DNA from: a virus
Taxonomy: Duplodnaviria > Caudoviricetes
IMG/VR virus record: IMGVR_UViG_3300033069_000781
Span: 1-64,000 of that record
Reading direction: 5' to 3' (one strand)
Length of the DNA stretch: 64,000 nt
Shown piece after piece: positions 58,308 to 64,000 of the stretch; position 1 is the first letter of the stretch, and the number at the start of each line of letters is the position of its first letter. The notes beneath the pieces were generated by a model that searched no databases, was not told the origin of the DNA, and saw nothing but the letters and a program-made list of their open reading frames with translations. A program made the position numbers and the translations under genes.

Positions 58308-59411
58308 ATGACAAAGTCAAAAGCGAATCAAGTTCGACCGATTCACCGTTCCGAGATCACTGTACTCACGGACACCTTCGCTAAGGTGTACCCACAGATC
58401 AAGCGAAATGGACTCTCGAAGAAAGCTGCCCTACCCATCTTCAATAAGCAGCTCAAGGCAGATCTAAATAGTGCCAGAGCTAACAGTACCAGCTATCAAT
58501 GGGAGGTACTCAATAAGCACAAAAAACTTAACTCACCTAATCAACTCGATACCCTATTCCGTGAATATCAGGCACGCCAAGATATTTCCAGCCCTGACTG
58601 GACATGGCCTATTCATGGTAACGGTAATCGATTACATCTTGAGCGCTACTTGGTTGAGAATAAGCAAACTATTTTGCATAACGCTATGACCCGATCGAGA
58701 GTAGCGGATAATATCGATCGAGAGCTTGGTATTCGGTACACCGATGGAATGATCCAGGATTGTGCCCGTGAGGTTGGAATTGTTTGGAGGAACGGTAAGG
58801 CTGTCGATAAGGCTACTACCTATGCTACCATTAAGCCTTACGAAGTTCCCGCTAAGGCCTCACCCAAGGCTGAATATGCCTGGCAGGTATCATTCGATAA
58901 GGATCTCTCTAAGGACCCCGTGATTACCCAGACTATGTCCGCAATGGAGCAGACTAATGCTATTAATGCAATGAAGTCCCAGGTAGCTAGCTATATCACC
59001 ACTATTGAGCAACTGGTCCGTGCAGTTGAGTCTATTCAGCTCCAGGTTACTCGTTTGAATCAAGTCAATTTTGCTGGTACCCAGCTCGTTGATTATCCAC
59101 ATGCACCAGTTACAGATCCCACCAATGTCGTAGTTCCATCCGAACTGCCCGTAGTAACTGCCCCTAACCCAGAGGCCACTAGTCCACTCTCAGCTGCTCT
59201 TAATAGATTCAAGTTCGACATCGAGACCTCGAAGCTAACCCCTATAGCTCCAGTAGGTCTAAAGGTCAATGAGACGCCCAGTACGAATAGAACTGAGGTT
59301 GCTGAACTAGCCCATGTAGGTATGCATACAGATCATGACAATACCCCTAATCCCCGAAGAGACTGGTGGGATTCTAATTATGCTAATGTTGGATCACAGG
59401 GCCCATTCTGA
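58308..59411 (+). CDS. hypothetical protein
   Basis: AAGGAA RBS; 367 aa. Confidence 0.75.
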   Translation: MTKSKANQVRPIHRSEITVLTDTFAKVYPQIKRNGLSKKAALPIFNKQLKADLNSARANSTSYQWEVLNKHKKLNSPNQLDTLFREYQARQDISSPDWTWPIHGNGNRLHLERYLVENKQTILHNAMTRSRVADNIDRELGIRYTDGMIQDCAREVGIVWRNGKAVDKATTYATIKPYEVPAKASPKAEYAWQVSFDKDLSKDPVITQTMSAMEQTNAINAMKSQVASYITTIEQLVRAVESIQLQVTRLNQVNFAGTQLVDYPHAPVTDPTNVVVPSELPVVTAPNPEATSPLSAALNRFKFDIETSKLTPIAPVGLKVNETPSTNRTEVAELAHVGMHTDHDNTPNPRRDWWDSNYANVGSQGPF

Positions 59412-59416
59412 ATTAA

Positions 59417-61453
59417 ATGAAGACAAAAACAAGTGTTAGTCCTAAGTCAGCACAGACTAGACTAAAAGAACTTAAGACCATGATCAAGAGTGCTGATGAG
59501 GCCTACTATCAGCAATCAGATCCGATCCTAACGGATCCGGAATATGATGCCTTGATTAGTGAGCTTAGAGCACTAGAGAAGGAGAATCCGGATCTAATCA
59601 CCCCGGATTCTCCTTCTCATAGAATAGGGGAGAAATTGACCGCTGGGTTCTCTCAGCATAAACATCTCTATCCAATGTTGTCTATTGATAACGTCTATAC
59701 CTATGAAGACCTAGATAAATGGTATAAAGACATAATCGAGCTAGTAGGTGTAGGTAATGATTATGTCATTGTTCAACCCAAGATTGATGGGATAGCGATA
59801 TCACTGACCTATAAGAATGGTAAGCTTATCAGAGGTACCACTAGGGGTGACGGTGAAGTAGGTGATGATGTCACCGCTAACTGTATGGCTGTTCTAGATA
59901 TTCCTCTAACTATCTCCTACAAAGAGGAGATAGAGGTTAGGGGTGAGTGCTATATCTCTATCTCTGACTTTGAGAGGATTAATATACGTGAGGAAGCTAA
60001 CCATAAGAATCCACGTAACCTAGTCAATGGGACCATGAAGAGCCATGATCCTATACAGGTGCGCAATAGAATGGTTCGGTTCATATGTCACAGTGTTGGA
60101 CATCTCGGAGTTAGTATGGAGTATGACACTCTAAGTTCAATACTACGTATGCTGGTTAAGAGTGGCATGATCATAGCGGCGTGGTCTAGGACCTCAGGAT
60201 TTCTAGAGTTCAAATCCCTAGTCGATGGCTATGTATCGGGTAATGAAAATAGAGATATTCCAGTAGATGGAGTAGTGGTTAAGTTAGATAGTATTGATGC
60301 CCAGACCCACCTGGGACATGGCTCTAAATACGTTAAATGGGCAATTGCTTATAAGCCCCGTGAATCCTACGCTGAAACCACCCTGGAATCAATAACCTGG
60401 ACTGTTGGTAAGAACGGTAAACTAACCCCAGTAGCTAACTTAACCCCTGTAGATCTCGACGGCACAACCATTACTCATGCCTCACTACATAATCATATGA
60501 TCATGTATGAGCTGCAAATTGAACCTGGATGTGTAGTTAGACTAGAGAAAGCGGGGGAAATAATTCCCCAGATAGTAGCTAGAGTAAACACTAGGCATAA
60601 AGATACTTCAATAGATTATTATGCGCCAATGGTATGCCCTATATGTAATAGTACATTAGAGCTAGTTGGCCCAAATCTCTTCTGTAGGAACTCGTCATGC
60701 CCAGGTCAGACCTCTTCAAGCCTTAAGCATTTCGTAAGTAAAACTGGATTAGACATCAAAGGTATAGGTGATGTATTAATCGAGAGAATAGGTGGGATAG
60801 TTATCTTACCTGAACATCTCTGGACCCACTACAATCAATATATACAAATGCTAGAGGGCCTAGGCAACTGGGGTCAGAGGAGTACAGATAAATTGTACGC
60901 TGGACTACAGGAGGCTAAGAGTTGTGGTCTAGAGAAGTTCCTGCGAGCCCTAGGTATCCCAAAGCTGGGTAAGACCCTATCCAAGGCTCTGGCTGCTAGG
61001 TATGACGATATCGATGATTTATGCCAAAACATAACAATAGACAAACTAAAGGAAATAGAACATATAGGAGATACCATTGCTGAACTGGTTTACCCAGTCC
61101 TATCGAGTCCTAGTTTTAAAGCTCGTGTTGATGTATTCAAATCTCAAGGATTTAATCTACGAAGCTTATCACGGCAAGCTCCCGAGGTAATAGATATGGC
61201 CAATAAAGCTAAACAATCAAAACTAACAGGAAAATCTATATGCGTGACCGGTTCCGTTGAAGGTTACACCCGTGCAGAGCTAGAGGCTAAACTGACCGAG
61301 CTAGGAGCCAGCTTTAATTCAGGAGTATCTAAGAGTACTGATATACTGGTCATAGGAGATGACCCCGGTAGCGCTAAGATCGAGAAGGCTAATAAGTATA
61401 ATATTCCCACTATAACTTCAGATGAATTACTTAAGCTATTCAGTTCCCCATAA
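59417..61453 (+). CDS. ligA: NAD-dependent DNA ligase
   Basis: YY..D.EYD, KIDG, TRGDG, EVRGE, DGVVVK, AIAYK and AGEIIP motifs; Zn finger, HhH and BRCT domains. Confidence 0.96.
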   Translation: MKTKTSVSPKSAQTRLKELKTMIKSADEAYYQQSDPILTDPEYDALISELRALEKENPDLITPDSPSHRIGEKLTAGFSQHKHLYPMLSIDNVYTYEDLDKWYKDIIELVGVGNDYVIVQPKIDGIAISLTYKNGKLIRGTTRGDGEVGDDVTANCMAVLDIPLTISYKEEIEVRGECYISISDFERINIREEANHKNPRNLVNGTMKSHDPIQVRNRMVRFICHSVGHLGVSMEYDTLSSILRMLVKSGMIIAAWSRTSGFLEFKSLVDGYVSGNENRDIPVDGVVVKLDSIDAQTHLGHGSKYVKWAIAYKPRESYAETTLESITWTVGKNGKLTPVANLTPVDLDGTTITHASLHNHMIMYELQIEPGCVVRLEKAGEIIPQIVARVNTRHKDTSIDYYAPMVCPICNSTLELVGPNLFCRNSSCPGQTSSSLKHFVSKTGLDIKGIGDVLIERIGGIVILPEHLWTHYNQYIQMLEGLGNWGQRSTDKLYAGLQEAKSCGLEKFLRALGIPKLGKTLSKALAARYDDIDDLCQNITIDKLKEIEHIGDTIAELVYPVLSSPSFKARVDVFKSQGFNLRSLSRQAPEVIDMANKAKQSKLTGKSICVTGSVEGYTRAELEAKLTELGASFNSGVSKSTDILVIGDDPGSAKIEKANKYNIPTITSDELLKLFSSP

Positions 61454-61456
61454 TAA

Positions 61457-61954
61457 ATGAACAGTTCAGAGCAGCCATTAATTAGTACTAATGATAAAGG
61501 TCTCTACAATCAGAACGTCCAGGCTTTAGTTAATTCACTAAACAAATCGGACGTTGAATATGTTTGTCTGGAGGCTCTGAAGACCATTTTGATGCGGGAG
61601 TTAACCCATAGCCTACTTACTCATAGAAAGGGTCATATAGGAATAAATCTCATTGCTGGTAATATTGTTGCTAGTAAAGAGATGAATGCTAAGTTGTGTG
61701 AGCTATTCGAAAATCCTGAGCTGTATGAATTGGATAATAAGCCAATCTTTTACGTAGTTCATATACCCTTCGATAAGTTAGATTCTGACAATATCCACTG
61801 TATATCTGATCTATGCAAACTGAATGATCTAGAACTAAAGTTTGTTCCGAGTTGGCAGGGCTGTACCTCTAAGTTAGCTATATGTATATATAGGCTAGAA
61901 AGTCTAGATCTATTCAATGAGAAGCTAAAGAAACTAGGAGCACTAGTGCAGTAA
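61457..61954 (+). CDS. hypothetical protein
   Basis: Packed in an operon. Confidence 0.65.
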   Translation: MNSSEQPLISTNDKGLYNQNVQALVNSLNKSDVEYVCLEALKTILMRELTHSLLTHRKGHIGINLIAGNIVASKEMNAKLCELFENPELYELDNKPIFYVVHIPFDKLDSDNIHCISDLCKLNDLELKFVPSWQGCTSKLAICIYRLESLDLFNEKLKKLGALVQ

Positions 61955-62550
61955 TGAGTCAATCTAAGATCTGGTTCTCATCAGATTTCCACTTTAATCA
62001 TTCCAACATAATTAAGCACTCTAATAGACCCTTCTCTACTAAGGAGGAGATGGACGATGCTATTATTCATAACATAAATAGCAAAGTACACAAGGATCAT
62101 ACTCTATACTTTCTAGGAGATTTTGCTTGGGTGCGAAATTCATCAGATAACAATATAGAGAGGACTTCTAAGTATCGTAATAGGATTAAGTGTCAGAACT
62201 TCATCTGGACCCAGGGTAATCATGATCCTGACTGGATACCTTGCCAATTAGGTATACGGTTTAATAGAGATATCTTCGAGTTAAAGATATCTAAACAGGA
62301 AATGTATGTTCTATCACACTATCCTATACATCAATGGCACCGTAAACGATACGGTATGATACACCTACATGGTCACTCCCACGGTAAGAGCTTTGGGTAT
62401 GATCCCTGGGCTCTCGATGTCGGGGTCGATACAAATAACTTCCAACCCTATAACCTAGATGATGTAAGAGATATAATGAATGCAAGACGACTATTAAGAG
62501 CCAATGAGATAATCGCTAATGACGACCCTGATGACCCCTCAGAACATTAA
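61954..62550 (+). CDS. calcineurin-like metallophosphoesterase
   Basis: SDFHFNH, LGDF, GNHD, SHYP, HLHGHSH and DVGVD motifs. Confidence 0.9.
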   Translation: MSQSKIWFSSDFHFNHSNIIKHSNRPFSTKEEMDDAIIHNINSKVHKDHTLYFLGDFAWVRNSSDNNIERTSKYRNRIKCQNFIWTQGNHDPDWIPCQLGIRFNRDIFELKISKQEMYVLSHYPIHQWHRKRYGMIHLHGHSHGKSFGYDPWALDVGVDTNNFQPYNLDDVRDIMNARRLLRANEIIANDDPDDPSEH

Positions 62551-63865
62551 TATTGAACAAGACTTAACAATAAGCTATACAGAAGAGGAACTACTAGATC
62601 TAGATGTCCCATTACAATTCAATATTGATGAGTCCAGTAATAGTACCGATCTCTCTGAATTACTAGTTCCAATTGATATTGATGCCCGTAGTTCCATAAT
62701 TGAGACTAGATTATATCAACAAAGAGTAATTGAGAATACTATGAAGGCTATTAAGGAGGGGCATAAGTCCATCCTTATTACTCTACCTACGGGAGCCGGT
62801 AAGTCTATCATAGGCCACTTATTGGCTAAGAGATTAATTGAGGAATATAACTACTCAGTGGGATGGACCTGCATGCGTAGGATCTTGCTCAAGCAGGCTG
62901 AGCTAGAAAATAGGGCTAAGTTTAATGTGCCTATTACTTACTTCTCTACCTTTACCCACCATCTCCCCAAGATCGATGTTGTCATAGAGGATGAGGCACA
63001 GCACTCCGCTTCTAATACCTCTACATCAATTAATTCCCAGATAGGTCCTAAGGTCCATATCGCTATGACAGCGACCCCTTACAGGACCGATCATATGAAG
63101 CTCTGCTTCAGTAAGGTCATTATTGATGCGGGGCTGCGTCAATTAGTAGATGAGGGCTGGTTATCCCCCTATCACCTCTACATAACCAATATGGATTGGT
63201 CACCTAAAACGGTAGCCTCTATATATCTTCAGGATCCCAATAGATGGGGTAAGTCTATCGCTTTCTTCCAGACCAGAGCCCAATGCTATGAATTTATGTC
63301 AATATTGGATGCGGCAGGTCACGCCTCCGATGTAGTCATAGGGGGATCTGTAAAGAAGCAAGAAGAGAAGATAGCTAGGTTCCGGAGAGGTGAAGTTAAT
63401 ATCCTGAGTAATGTATTCGTATTAACTGAAGGATTTGATGCTCCCGAACTTAGGACCGTATTCGTTAGGGATTCAGCTAAGGGTCCCACTACACAAATGG
63501 CTGGCAGAGCATTCAGAAAGCATGCCTCGAAGCCCTATGCCCAAATAGTTCAATCCGATAAGTCTCCCAATATCTTCTCAAATATAGTATCACCGGAACG
63601 CAAGTTCACTGTGGACGAAAAAGATCATACTAAATGGTTTGAGCGGGAAGGTCACTCTAAGCTAATGGAACTGGTGGAGAGGTCATCACTGGCCGCTCTA
63701 TCTCAGGCTCCCGAGGTCAAGATGCCACCATTCATATTGAAGAATAAGTATAAACAACTTAGACGTAGAAGGGTTGAGGAGCGCTTGCCTGAGCCCGCAA
63801 CTGAGCTACCTAGACCTAATCCTACCACTCCTACCATCCCTCCATTACCCAATGCCCAACCCTGA
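62519..63865 (+). CDS. SF2 DEAD/DEAH-like helicase
   Basis: PTGAGKS, DEAQH, TATP.R.D, LTEGFDAP and QMAGR motifs. Confidence 0.88.
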   Translation: MTTLMTPQNINIEQDLTISYTEEELLDLDVPLQFNIDESSNSTDLSELLVPIDIDARSSIIETRLYQQRVIENTMKAIKEGHKSILITLPTGAGKSIIGHLLAKRLIEEYNYSVGWTCMRRILLKQAELENRAKFNVPITYFSTFTHHLPKIDVVIEDEAQHSASNTSTSINSQIGPKVHIAMTATPYRTDHMKLCFSKVIIDAGLRQLVDEGWLSPYHLYITNMDWSPKTVASIYLQDPNRWGKSIAFFQTRAQCYEFMSILDAAGHASDVVIGGSVKKQEEKIARFRRGEVNILSNVFVLTEGFDAPELRTVFVRDSAKGPTTQMAGRAFRKHASKPYAQIVQSDKSPNIFSNIVSPERKFTVDEKDHTKWFEREGHSKLMELVERSSLAALSQAPEVKMPPFILKNKYKQLRRRRVEERLPEPATELPRPNPTTPTIPPLPNAQP

Positions 63866-64000
63866 TATAGATATCAAACCTATAAATCAACATGCGTGGT
63901 TTAATAGGGCCTGTGCTTTAACTCGTTGGGCCCTATTAAATCCAAATACCCATTTACGTGAATTATGTAAGGAAGCAGCTAGGGTCTCGTTACACCTCTC

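Noticed and set aside
1-64000. Stop-codon reassignment
   Set aside because: Conserved genes are full length in the standard code and end in TAA, TAG and TGA.
1-64000. CRISPR array, cas genes, reverse transcriptase/DGR or integrase
   Set aside because: I saw no regularly spaced repeats with unique spacers and no such protein motifs; the 11068-11250 repeat has no spacers.

Overview
This window is a 64-kb segment of a large lytic-type dsDNA phage genome, read in the standard genetic code and mostly on the + strand. Bases 1-14,100 form an accessory region of small ORFs interleaved with many RNA elements: tRNA-His, a complete tmRNA (tag ADNSNLRMAA), a long-variable-arm tRNA(CAT), five non-canonical tRNA-like RNAs (one circularly permuted, YrlA/Y-RNA-like), several dense structured-RNA blocks and two antisense homing-type endonuclease genes. 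Two blocks share a pseudoknotted motif with covarying base pairs. Bases 14,200-20,500 hold minus-strand genes including a gpA-like terminase large subunit. Bases 23,000-46,400 are a replication/recombination module: deaminase, SbcD/SbcC, SF2 helicase, DnaB-like helicase, primase, a UDG-fused family A polymerase split by an HNH-carrying group I intron, a Q/P-rich SSB-like protein, a RecA-like protein and ThyX. Bases 47,200-52,500 are a fibre/virion-protein cassette. The rest encodes RNase HI, an i-type lysozyme, a Dda/RecD-like helicase, an NAD-dependent ligase, a phosphoesterase and an SF2 helicase. A dockerin-like secreted protein and a prepilin-motif protein hint at a Planctomycetota host (inference). 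The most novel signal is the set of tRNA-chassis and pseudoknot ncRNAs. All RNA folds were made by eye, and no database searches were run.
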